From a virus (Duplodnaviria > Heunggongvirae > Uroviricota > Caudoviricetes), in the IMG/VR virus record IMGVR_UViG_2737471829_000009: a stretch of DNA of 31,211 nucleotides. One strand, given 5' to 3'. Below the pieces are notes generated by a model that was not told where the DNA came from, did no database searches, and was given only the letters and a program-made list of their open reading frames with translations. Shown one piece after another: positions 9,420 through 17,612 of this stretch (position 1 is the stretch's first letter; the number at the start of each line of letters is the position of its first letter). Position numbers and translations under genes: made by a program.

Positions 9420-10320
9420 CGTTGCCCCCGATCTTTACGCTGTACTCGGTGCAATATGACGCCTGCGTCTCATTGAGTACGATGTCAGCGACCGGCGCGA
9501 CAAGTTCGACACGCTGCACGCCCTCGACGTGAAGCGCGGCATAGATGGCAGACTTGCGGATGTCACGCCCGAGCCGGTGCTGCGCGTTGATATAGGTCTG
9601 TAGCTTCGCTTTTGCCGCACTGAGCACTGGCTCACTTTCGGGGCCGGGATAAAGATAAAGCGCGGCATCGATGGCGTAGTCGACAATGACCGCCGACTGC
9701 ACGGTCACGCGGTCAGCAACCGGCCTCACATCCTCATCGTTCAGCGCATTACGCACCACTGCGAGCAGTTCCCCGGATGCCGCGCCGTTATTCTCCCTGG
9801 ACAGTACCGACACGGTCACGCAGGCGGGCTCCGGGCTGATAACAGAAATATCGGCGACCCGTCCGTCAGCACTGCGGCCATGAAACTGATACGCACCGGT
9901 CGACCCGGCCACGCTCATTCCCTCAAAAGCCTGTTGAATACGCAGACGGTAATCGGTGTCCGATTCCATGACGGCAGGCGTTGGCGGCAGCGTGGTCTCA
10001 TCAGCAGGCGTAATAACGAGACGCTCAACGTTGTAATTTGCGCCGAGGTTATCGAGGTCATGACCGGCAGCGTAAGCCAGCATCACCGCCCGTGCCGACT
10101 CATTGACGCGCTGACGCCAGATAACCTCCCGATAAGCATTTTCCTGCAGCAGTTTCACGATCGGCTCTGATTCAAACGTCAGCGTGCGCGCGACCGCGTC
10201 CTGTTGCTCTTCGGGATAGAGTGAGACGAGCGTCGCCTTTCGCTCTGTCAGGATGGTTTCATAGTCCAGCTCCTCCACAACATCAGGTGCGACGAGCTGG
10301 CTCAGGTCAACAATAGCCAT
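9412..10320 (-). CDS. J: Baseplate assembly protein gpJ
   Basis: 302-aa protein; N-terminus MAIVDLSQLVAPDVVEELDYETILTERKATLVSLYPEEQQ closely matches P2 gpJ as recalled. Confidence 0.9.
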   Translation of the reverse strand: MAIVDLSQLVAPDVVEELDYETILTERKATLVSLYPEEQQDAVARTLTFESEPIVKLLQENAYREVIWRQRVNESARAVMLAYAAGHDLDNLGANYNVERLVITPADETTLPPTPAVMESDTDYRLRIQQAFEGMSVAGSTGAYQFHGRSADGRVADISVISPEPACVTVSVLSRENNGAASGELLAVVRNALNDEDVRPVADRVTVQSAVIVDYAIDAALYLYPGPESEPVLSAAKAKLQTYINAQHRLGRDIRKSAIYAALHVEGVQRVELVAPVADIVLNETQASYCTEYSVKIGGNDE

Positions 10321-10325
10321 AACGT

Positions 10326-10676
10326 TTAACTCAGTGGAAGGGTGATAGAAAAAGGCTGGCCTGATGCCGAACGCGTGCCGGTCATATCGACGTACATCGC
10401 GCCGTCATCCTCTCCGCGTTCAAAGGTGATGGTCGTCAGGCTCACGCGCGGCTCCCACTTCTGGATCGCGGAATAACACGCGGCCATAATCTGCAGGCGC
10501 AGTGCCGGGGTCTGCGGCTGGTCCATCAATGCCGACAGCAGCGAGCCGTATTCACGACGCATGACACGCGAGCCCACCGGCGTGACCAGAATGTCGCGCA
10601 CGCTCTGCCTGATATGCTCAACCTCAGAAATACTGAGCCCGGTATGACAGTTCATTCCCAGATAGCTCGTCGTCAT
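10326..10676 (-). CDS. W: Baseplate protein gpW
   Basis: 116-aa ORF downstream of V whose start overlaps the V stop (ATGA coupling). Confidence 0.85.
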   Translation of the reverse strand: MTTSYLGMNCHTGLSISEVEHIRQSVRDILVTPVGSRVMRREYGSLLSALMDQPQTPALRLQIMAACYSAIQKWEPRVSLTTITFERGEDDGAMYVDMTGTRSASGQPFSITLPLS

Positions 10677-11314
10677 TTTGTCCCCACCGTTCTGTCATCG
10701 CCCCGCTTCACGCCGCCGTGGTCGTGGTCATCCACCTGCACGCCGTTGGATTTAAACGTGCCGCCGCCGTGCTCGATGTTGCCGCTCATCTTCCCGCCCT
10801 TTTGCACCTCAAGCGTGGCCGTGGTCAGTTTGTTGGTACAGACCACCTCGGGGGTATCGAGCGTAATGCGGGTGGACGCTTTGACCAGTACCAGCGGCAC
10901 CGTTGCGGTAATGGCGTCCGACGCGGTGACGTCAGCGGTTTTGATGCCACTCACCGTGAGTGACCCGCTTTCGGGTTCGTACTCGATAACCGCTCCGTCA
11001 GGAAAGGAAACGTGAAAGGCATCAGGCGAGGCCGACGGCGCAGGATGGTCATCAGAGAAAATACCGGGCAGCACAAAGGCGGTATCGAGCTCGCCGCCAA
11101 TGGCAAGAATCAGCACCTGCTCGTCAACCGAGGGAGCCCACCAGACACGCGAGCGACCAGCGCGGCAGGTCAGCCAGTTTAACCAGGTGGTTTGCATGCC
11201 GCCGGTCTGGACACGACAAAGCCCCTCATCGGGATTGACTGCAGTCACAATGCCGGTGCGGATAAGGTTACGGATCGCGCGGGCGATATCCTGAATGGAA
11301 TTTAAAGTATTCAT
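10673..11314 (-). CDS. V: Baseplate spike protein gpV
   Basis: 213-aa protein, first gene of the V-W-J-I-H-G operon; N-terminus MNTLNSIQDIARAIRNLIRTGIVTAV. Confidence 0.85.
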   Translation of the reverse strand: MNTLNSIQDIARAIRNLIRTGIVTAVNPDEGLCRVQTGGMQTTWLNWLTCRAGRSRVWWAPSVDEQVLILAIGGELDTAFVLPGIFSDDHPAPSASPDAFHVSFPDGAVIEYEPESGSLTVSGIKTADVTASDAITATVPLVLVKASTRITLDTPEVVCTNKLTTATLEVQKGGKMSGNIEHGGGTFKSNGVQVDDHDHGGVKRGDDRTVGTK

Positions 11315-11738
11315 GGGGAAAGGATGCCGCCGGGCAAGGCCAACGGCAATCGGGCGGGGTTTTGTTAGCTATGAAACAACAACTATCCACTAAGGCATAC
11401 GATCTTATCCAGACTTGGCAGTTTTGATGGGGATGAAAGCAGAACGAAGCTGTGAACAATACACAAAAAGTTGAAACTCATAGTTTTAACAATTATTATC
11501 GCAAAACCAATCGATACGAGTTAATCTAACAAATATTGATTCATGTTAATTTATGTCGTCATACCCACCTAAGGTAATAACACAGATGCTTACAACACCA
11601 ATAAATAACATTGAAGAAGCCTATTAAAATGATTAAATTAAAAAATTATTATTCAAGCATGTATGTTCATGTTTGAAACTCAGCACTTTTGAAAAATAGA
11701 CATTGGACGAAGTTTGGTTAGTAAAAGAGAGGTTAACT

Positions 11739-13370
11739 ATGACAAACAATCCTTTTGTAGATTTTATTGAATTTCTAACTAATAAACATGGCGAAGAAGT
11801 TTGGGTTACTGTTTACAAGACGGAAGAGATCAAGAACACTGATCATGACGGCGGGATGTATTGTGCATTAGTCAGCAAAGAAAAAACTGAAAAAGCAATG
11901 AATCAGGCTGGTTGGGATTTGATGATTGGTAGTGGTGGACCTGGTATTTGCACATCATATCAAGATGGGAAAAGCATAAATACATATTATAAAAATTCAG
12001 ATAATGGTTTTCTCAGGCTTATTCTTGTTCGTGATTTCCATGGTAGAAAAGAAAAATATATAGAGATCCTTGAAGAGTTTCGTCTTTTTCACAATTTATA
12101 TTATGATAATAAAAGTGGTTCATACTTTAGCTTTGATGACTCCGGTGATGAAATCGAAGTAATCAAAGTGCAAAGCAATGAGGTAAAAATCCGTAGGAGA
12201 TATCTACATTCTTTTATGGCCGCCAGTCAAATGAATCTCCTTCTTTATTTTGAGTTAACGAGACACTATAATCATAATTTGACCTTTGCATGCAATGAAA
12301 AAAACGAATCAACCATATACACTATTTATTCAGGGAAATCTTACTCAAAAGGATATATATCTTTCTCAAGAATCATGGGAAAAAAAATAATTAAATGTGA
12401 GTCAATAGACAAGTGTAACTCATGGCCATTTGAATCAAAAAAAACATATCAAGAATTTATTATAGGTGGCGACACTGACGAACCAATAACTTTTTCATGC
12501 AATCCGGATAAATTAGCTAATTATTTTGGTGCCAACCCAGAAGCCCCGCATTATTTGACTCCTGTGTTTTTTAAAAAGGAAGTAATGCAAAAATATTACA
12601 ATTCCTCTGACTATAGTATTACCGATGGGCATCTTTATAGAAAAGGTGCATGGGATCTTCGATTCGATAATAACTCACCTAATCATATATCAGTTTTCTT
12701 AGGTGATCTTGGCAGGGATTTACCTGAGAAAGAACAAATTTACTGGAAAAGTTTTAATTTAATCCCTGACGGTAGAAAAATTAGCAAAACAAATTTTGAG
12801 CGTAGTTTTTTAGGGCGTGTCTCCGACGCAGAAAACCCTGAGCATAAATTTAAAAATAAATTCAAATCACTACAGAAATACTGGAGCAATCGGTATAAAT
12901 GGGATCTATTCCTACCTTTATCCGAGAAAGATGAGCATTTTTTCAACTCATTAAGATCAATGCTTACGAAGGAGCAGTCGGAATTTGACGCACAGGTATT
13001 GGCGTTAACGAAAGTCACTATTGATTCAATTAATGTTAAATCTCTTAGAAATCACCTCAAAGTTACTGATGCAAGCATAAAATCAATAGGGTTAATGGAG
13101 AGTCTTCTTGATAGATTACACTCGCCAAACACATCAACACTAGTAAGTCTTATGCGAGGTATTCAATCAGTAAGATCCACCGGCGTTGCACATAGAAAAG
13201 GTACTGACTACGAAAAAACAATGTCAAAGCTGAATATTAACCATGATGATTATCAGAGAGAATTTGATCAATTACTATTGGGCATGGTTTTTCTATTTGA
13301 AGAAATAATGCGATTGGATGCTGAGAAAGGTGATGAAAAAACCGAGTCAACTACTGATAAACAATTGTAG
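11739..13370 (+). CDS. Hypothetical AT-rich cargo protein (543 aa) with a C-terminal HEPN-like R-x5-H motif; candidate abortive-infection/defence effector
   Basis: Only long plus-strand ORF in the late region, AT-rich with A/T-rich codon usage. Start trimmed from the track's TTG (11703) to the ATG at 11739, which has an AAGAGAGG RBS. C-terminus contains VRSTGVAHRKG; the rest of the protein has no motif I recognise. Confidence 0.75.
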   Translation: MTNNPFVDFIEFLTNKHGEEVWVTVYKTEEIKNTDHDGGMYCALVSKEKTEKAMNQAGWDLMIGSGGPGICTSYQDGKSINTYYKNSDNGFLRLILVRDFHGRKEKYIEILEEFRLFHNLYYDNKSGSYFSFDDSGDEIEVIKVQSNEVKIRRRYLHSFMAASQMNLLLYFELTRHYNHNLTFACNEKNESTIYTIYSGKSYSKGYISFSRIMGKKIIKCESIDKCNSWPFESKKTYQEFIIGGDTDEPITFSCNPDKLANYFGANPEAPHYLTPVFFKKEVMQKYYNSSDYSITDGHLYRKGAWDLRFDNNSPNHISVFLGDLGRDLPEKEQIYWKSFNLIPDGRKISKTNFERSFLGRVSDAENPEHKFKNKFKSLQKYWSNRYKWDLFLPLSEKDEHFFNSLRSMLTKEQSEFDAQVLALTKVTIDSINVKSLRNHLKVTDASIKSIGLMESLLDRLHSPNTSTLVSLMRGIQSVRSTGVAHRKGTDYEKTMSKLNINHDDYQREFDQLLLGMVFLFEEIMRLDAEKGDEKTESTTDKQL

Positions 13371-13451
13371 AAATAAGATTACCTCAACGTATTTTTGCAT
13401 TAGATAAATAAGCACTCACACACTTTAAACTCATAAAAACATATTAAATAG

Positions 13452-13471
13452 CGCCCTAACAAAATAGGGCG
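13452..13471. terminator. Hairpin between convergent genes (cargo ORF and S)
   Basis: CGCCCTA-ACAAAA-TAGGGCG (7-bp stem) in the 119-bp gap; the flank is A/T-rich on the minus strand, consistent with termination of the S-containing late operon. No strong T-run on the plus strand. Confidence 0.4.
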
Positions 13472-13489
13472 TCACTTAATCAGCTAATT

Positions 13490-13936
13490 TTAACCAATAT
13501 AATTAAAGATGAGATTTTCAATAAGTTTTTTATCGTCTTGCCCAAATCCGAGTAACTGGCGTTCCGGGTATTGCACGTCCTGAGCATGAGGGTTAGGCCG
13601 GTCTTTGAGTCCGAGCTGATGAATCTGCGCAATACGTTGCACTTTGCCGGTAAATTCCACCACAGCAGCATCATTGCGGCCACTGGCTTTCATGTAGCGA
13701 CTCGTTCGCAGCTTCTGAAACATCGCCCGTTTTATTCGCCCTTTTTTCGCCCTGAGCGGCTGGCGTTTTCGGGTCTCATACGGTGAGCCGTCCGGCGCTT
13801 TTTGTTGCCTGATACGTTGCTGCTGTGCGGCGCGCAGTTGTTTCGCTATCTCTGCGGCCAGCCTGCGCCGCGACGCCGGTGACAATGCCCCGATAAGCCC
13901 CGCCATCTGGTCATCAAAAGGCGTTAATTCACTCAT
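13490..13936 (-). CDS. S: Tail completion / virion morphogenesis protein gpS
   Basis: 148-aa basic protein directly after R, the position and size of P2 gpS. Confidence 0.8.
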   Translation of the reverse strand: MSELTPFDDQMAGLIGALSPASRRRLAAEIAKQLRAAQQQRIRQQKAPDGSPYETRKRQPLRAKKGRIKRAMFQKLRTSRYMKASGRNDAAVVEFTGKVQRIAQIHQLGLKDRPNPHAQDVQYPERQLLGFGQDDKKLIENLIFNYIG

Positions 13937-14396
13937 CCCATTTACTCACCAGCTCGCCATTGATATAGAGCTCGGTCGGACGGGTGACAGGCTCCGGCAG
14001 TGGCGGCTCCGGGGCATAGCTGACGTGTAACGCACCGTTTTCTTCCCGGACAAGGGTGCGCTCAGTCAGTTGCAGGCTGATACTGATATCAACATTATCC
14101 CCGTCATTTAAATCCATCTGGAATCGATAGCCCTTTCTGCGCCCCTCATCGAGCGTGCAGATATCCGGCTGGTTTTCTCGCAGCCACGCCGCCACCGGCA
14201 CAAAAATCAGGTCGGGGTCACCGACAAAGTCACACACGATCACATTCAGCGTGTATTTCTTCTCATGGGACAGCGAAGCCGCGAGACGCGCATCGATATT
14301 CCCCTCATCGGCAAAGATGCGCATCATCTCGGGGTTATTCAGGAGCTGCGGGACGGCGTCATTCAGCGCTTTGCGCAGGCTTTTCATTTTCTGCAT
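13929..14396 (-). CDS. R: Tail completion protein gpR
   Basis: C-terminus EPPLPEPVTRPTELYINGELVSKWDE matches P2 gpR as recalled. Start trimmed to the ATG at 14396 (AGGA RBS); the ATG at 14387 is an alternative. Confidence 0.8.
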   Translation of the reverse strand: MQKMKSLRKALNDAVPQLLNNPEMMRIFADEGNIDARLAASLSHEKKYTLNVIVCDFVGDPDLIFVPVAAWLRENQPDICTLDEGRRKGYRFQMDLNDGDNVDISISLQLTERTLVREENGALHVSYAPEPPLPEPVTRPTELYINGELVSKWDE

Positions 14397-14649
14397 CGAT
14401 TCTATCCTGACAGTCTTTGATGGTTTCGACCTTAATCGCACAGGCGGTGAGCGCATGCTCAAGCCTGCGAATATCGGCACTCAGATCACCGTTAGTGACG
14501 GGCTCGCTTTCCGGCATCGGGCAGAGGCTCACCTTCGGGCAGGCGTTGTAAACAACGGGCGGCGGAGGCGCAGCCGGTTCGGATGTGCAACCGGCGCACA
14601 GCATCAGGCAACTTATCGCTGTACCAGCGGCGTAACGTCTCATTTTCAT
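14359..14649 (-). CDS. lysC: LysC-type outer-membrane spanin (Rz1-like lipoprotein)
   Basis: 96-aa ORF in an alternative frame overlapping the 3' end of lysB and the 5' end of R. Signal peptide with lipobox (LMLCAGC) followed by a proline-rich stretch (PAAPPPPVV). Confidence 0.7.
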   Translation of the reverse strand: MKMRRYAAGTAISCLMLCAGCTSEPAAPPPPVVYNACPKVSLCPMPESEPVTNGDLSADIRRLEHALTACAIKVETIKDCQDRIDAENEKPAQSAE

Positions 14650-14920
14650 TCATCAGCCTCGTTATGGTTTCTTCCCGCCTTGCCGCCTGCTCACCGGCAA
14701 CGGCCAGCTCATCACCGAACCTGACCTGCGCATCCTCATTCGCCCTGGCGATTCGCTGCGATATGGCAAGCTGATTTTTCAGCATGCCAATCGTCGTCTT
14801 TTGCGCACTGGCGACGCGGTTCGCTTTCTCAAATGACCGGGATAAGTTCTCATTTTCATGTCGCAGCCACAGCAACCCGGCCAGCACAGCAACCAGAAGG
14901 ATCACAATGAATCTGGACAC
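14492..14920 (-). CDS. lysB: LysB-type inner-membrane spanin (Rz-like)
   Basis: 142-aa protein with one N-terminal transmembrane helix (FIVILLVAVLAGLLWL) and a charged coiled-coil periplasmic domain, with lysC embedded. Start appears to be GTG. Confidence 0.75.
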   Translation of the reverse strand: MSRFIVILLVAVLAGLLWLRHENENLSRSFEKANRVASAQKTTIGMLKNQLAISQRIARANEDAQVRFGDELAVAGEQAARREETITRLMNENETLRRWYSDKLPDAVRRLHIRTGCASAARCLQRLPEGEPLPDAGKRARH

Positions 14921-15333
14921 ACCCCCTCCCCCTCGATGCGCTGACGGTAAGCAGAGCGCACAGCTTTAAGCACAAGGACACAAATCAGATACAGCAGCGC
15001 TGTAAGCACCCATCCCGCGCCGACCAGACAGGCAAAAACGCCAGCAAAAATAAGCAGCGACCAGAAGCGACGCAGCGGGGAAGGTTTGCGACAAAAAACC
15101 AGCCGAAAAATCCTCATTAACGTATCATTCAGCGGGATATTCTTTTGCCGGTTTCCCTGCCAGTGCTCATAGGCAGCCACACCGGCGAGGCTGGCTGCAA
15201 TGCAGACCAGACAGCCAAACAGCGCCCATACAGCAACGAAATTGACTGCCACGCTCTGCGGGTTCGTCAGCCCCATAAACAGCATCAGCGCCAGCAGGAA
15301 ATCAAAAATCAGTGAGGTAATGTGTTGTTTCAT
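14902..15333 (-). CDS. lysA: LysA-like multi-pass membrane lysis regulator
   Basis: Start trimmed to MKQHITSL (ATG at 15333, ATGA overlap with the endolysin stop). Several hydrophobic helices; position matches P2 lysA. Confidence 0.7.
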   Translation of the reverse strand: MKQHITSLIFDFLLALMLFMGLTNPQSVAVNFVAVWALFGCLVCIAASLAGVAAYEHWQGNRQKNIPLNDTLMRIFRLVFCRKPSPLRRFWSLLIFAGVFACLVGAGWVLTALLYLICVLVLKAVRSAYRQRIEGEGVCPDSL

Positions 15334-15842
15334 TGAGTAACTCCTTTCATGCAATACGCCAGCTCCCGCGCGCGGCGGTTCTCCAGCCCTTTGTTTTTTG
15401 TGCCGTTGACATACACCCAGCGGGTGAGCTGGTCGCACGCCTGCCACCACTGATGACGTTTGATATACGAGACCAGCGTCGACCTGCAGGCCGCACCGGT
15501 TCCGACGTTAAACGCAAAACTGACCAGCGAGTCATAGACGCGCGGTGGCATATCCACCGGCACACAGACTGCGAGCCGTTGCTCGACGTTGAGCACATCG
15601 GCAACGAGATTCTCCGCCGCCTGTCGCTCTGTAATATCCCCTTTCGGGACCACCCCGGCAGTGTGGCCGATGCCCGACGTCCACACTCCCGCAATGCACT
15701 GGTAAGGTGTCAGGCGACATCCTTCGAGATCGGCAATCAGTGCCAGCCCCTCGGGCGAGGTGTTAAGCAGACGAAAGTCAGGCACCAGTGCTGCCAGCGC
15801 CAGCACGGCGGCCACACTGCAGCGTTTAATGATTGAGCTCAC
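15330..15842 (-). CDS. SAR-type endolysin (phage lysozyme, P1 Lyz / P21 R-like)
   Basis: N-terminal weakly hydrophobic signal-anchor-release segment (CSVAAVLALAALVP) followed by a lysozyme core with the EGCRLTPYQCIAGVWTSGIGHT catalytic-region pattern. The 5' end is likely a GTG. Confidence 0.8.
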   Translation of the reverse strand: MSSIIKRCSVAAVLALAALVPDFRLLNTSPEGLALIADLEGCRLTPYQCIAGVWTSGIGHTAGVVPKGDITERQAAENLVADVLNVEQRLAVCVPVDMPPRVYDSLVSFAFNVGTGAACRSTLVSYIKRHQWWQACDQLTRWVYVNGTKNKGLENRRARELAYCMKGVTQ

Positions 15843-16047
15843 GGGCAGCCTCCTTATCGAGTCCGAGTGAGGTCAGATAGCGGTAGGTTTTGCGCTTAAA
15901 CCAGTAATTCGTCAGCGCGGTAAAAATGGCGCAGGCACTCCCCACATAGAGCGCCAGCTTTTCGGGGGACATCGCCCCGAAATACGCCAGCCCCACGGCC
16001 AGCCAGTAAGCGATAAACGTCGTGATTTTTTCCACACTCAGTCCCAT
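15826..16047 (-). CDS. Holin (pinholin-like, two TMDs)
   Basis: 73-aa protein with two hydrophobic helices and a basic C-terminal tail (FKRKTYRY), immediately upstream of the SAR endolysin. Confidence 0.65.
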   Translation of the reverse strand: MGLSVEKITTFIAYWLAVGLAYFGAMSPEKLALYVGSACAIFTALTNYWFKRKTYRYLTSLGLDKEAARELNH

Positions 16048-16241
16048 AAATTCACCGTCTCGGTTTTCGGAGCGCTGTCAGTTTCGGGCAGTTCGATTGC
16101 CGTGCCGTGCGGCAGAATAACGCCCAGCTCCGACAGCCCCGGATTCGCCTGCAGCACCGTTTCAACGACGCCCTCAGTGCGCCCGTAATACCGGGCGCAA
16201 ATCGCATCGAGGGTGTCGCCCTGCATCGCCCTGACCTTCAT
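16038..16241 (-). CDS. X: Tail protein gpX
   Basis: Trimmed to the 67-aa product MKVRAMQGDTLDAICARYYGRTEGVVETVLQANPGL...VNLWD, which matches P2 gpX in length and sequence as recalled. ATG overlaps the L stop. Confidence 0.85.
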   Translation of the reverse strand: MKVRAMQGDTLDAICARYYGRTEGVVETVLQANPGLSELGVILPHGTAIELPETDSAPKTETVNLWD

Positions 16242-16747
16242 CAGATTTGACCGACAATACAGCGCGGCTTGTCCTGAATACGCGCCACAGACCAGCGCAT
16301 ATCCCGCCACAGCTCATCGATAACCGCCTCGGTGCTTTCCGCCTTGCGGTCGCCTTTTGCCGTCGCATCGATGCCGCGATAGCGCTCAAACAGCGTGGCA
16401 CTGGTCATGGCGCAGACGGCGCGGAAATAGTGGAAACAGCGTACGCTTTCGCCGTCGATATCATCGGCAGGCACATCGGCCAGCGTGTCATGACCTGCGG
16501 CCATCTGCTCAACCCGCCACAGGGCAAGCTCCGCATTGGTTTCAGCCATACCGGCTTTAATCGCATCATTCAGGCGCAGCGCGGAAACGGTCTGCTCCAG
16601 ACGCATCAGCTCGCGCACACGCTTCGGATCCACATCAGGGAAAAAGAAGGTGTTTTTTATTACCGGCTCGCTCACGCCCGGTGGTGGTATCACCACGCCC
16701 GGCACATCCTGCGGCTCTTTTTTTGGCTCAATAATCACTGTCGTCAT
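16241..16747 (-). CDS. L: Capsid completion protein gpL
   Basis: 168-aa ORF after M in the O-N-M-L head operon. Confidence 0.85.
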   Translation of the reverse strand: MTTVIIEPKKEPQDVPGVVIPPPGVSEPVIKNTFFFPDVDPKRVRELMRLEQTVSALRLNDAIKAGMAETNAELALWRVEQMAAGHDTLADVPADDIDGESVRCFHYFRAVCAMTSATLFERYRGIDATAKGDRKAESTEAVIDELWRDMRWSVARIQDKPRCIVGQI

Positions 16748-16853
16748 GACAACCTCGGGTAATGGGTGGGCGGTGGGCGGTGGACGCCGGTCGCAGTCAG
16801 GGCAATCAATACCCGCATTGACCGGCGTGCCGCCCGGCTCGGGGAGCGCTCTG

Positions 16854-17609
16854 TTAACCTGCGGCTTTTGCCGCTTTCGGGGGACGCCCGCGCCGTGCCG
16901 CCGGTTTGGCGGCAGGTTTGCGCGTGCGCGGTTTATTCTGTTTGGGTGCGGGTTCTGGTTTGGGTTTCAGCGCGCGCTCGAGCTGTTCAATATCTTTTTT
17001 CACACCGACAGTTCGCTCTAACTGGATCGCACGCTGCAGGTGCGCCAGCGCGTCAGTCAGACGGCCAGCCTCACGCAGCACGTAGCCGGTAATTTTGTGC
17101 AGCTTCGCGCGCACGATGTCCGGCATGTCTGCCCGTTCGGTCAGTGCGATGGTGTCGAGCAGGAGCTGCAGCCCGACAGGCTGTTTCGCATCGAGCAGGC
17201 GCTGCGCTGACAGGGCGACCTCTTCGGCCAGCAAATACGGCGTGGTGCGGCGGTGGCCGCCGGTCGGCATGGTCAGGCCATAGGTCATCGCATAGCGGGC
17301 AATCTCCAGCGCACTGGCGATGTCATCCGCATCGAGACGCCACAGCATGACGGTCATGACAATGTCATCCTGCGCCCCTTTTCCGGCGCTGAGGACACCC
17401 GACACCCACGGCAGATAGAACGGCAGCAGCTCACGCTTTTTATCTGCCTTGCGTTTATTGGAGCGGATTTGTTTTAACGTGCGACAGTCTGCGGCCAGCT
17501 TGACGAGCATCTGCTCATAGGCAGTTGCATTGCGCAGCGGAGCAGCAGCCCGCCGCGCATTCTCAGAGGCCGAGACCCGCATCATGTGACGCGCTGCGGG
17601 ACTCGTCAT
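16854..17609 (-). CDS. M: Terminase endonuclease (small) subunit gpM
   Basis: 251-aa protein with a basic Pro/Lys/Arg-rich C-terminal tail; position between N and L. Confidence 0.85.
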   Translation of the reverse strand: MTSPAARHMMRVSASENARRAAAPLRNATAYEQMLVKLAADCRTLKQIRSNKRKADKKRELLPFYLPWVSGVLSAGKGAQDDIVMTVMLWRLDADDIASALEIARYAMTYGLTMPTGGHRRTTPYLLAEEVALSAQRLLDAKQPVGLQLLLDTIALTERADMPDIVRAKLHKITGYVLREAGRLTDALAHLQRAIQLERTVGVKKDIEQLERALKPKPEPAPKQNKPRTRKPAAKPAARRGRPPKAAKAAG

Positions 17610-17612
17610 GGC

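Noticed and set aside
11315-11738. Possible Ogr-type TGT-N12-ACA site for the V late promoter, and similar upstream of FI
   Set aside because: Found only TGT-N10-ACA (about 11363..11378) and other imperfect spacings. I cannot confirm a canonical site by eye, so it is not annotated as a feature.
12740-13018. 92-aa minus-strand ORF inside the 543-aa cargo gene
   Set aside because: Antisense to a much longer ORF with a good RBS; no start context; likely spurious in AT-rich DNA.
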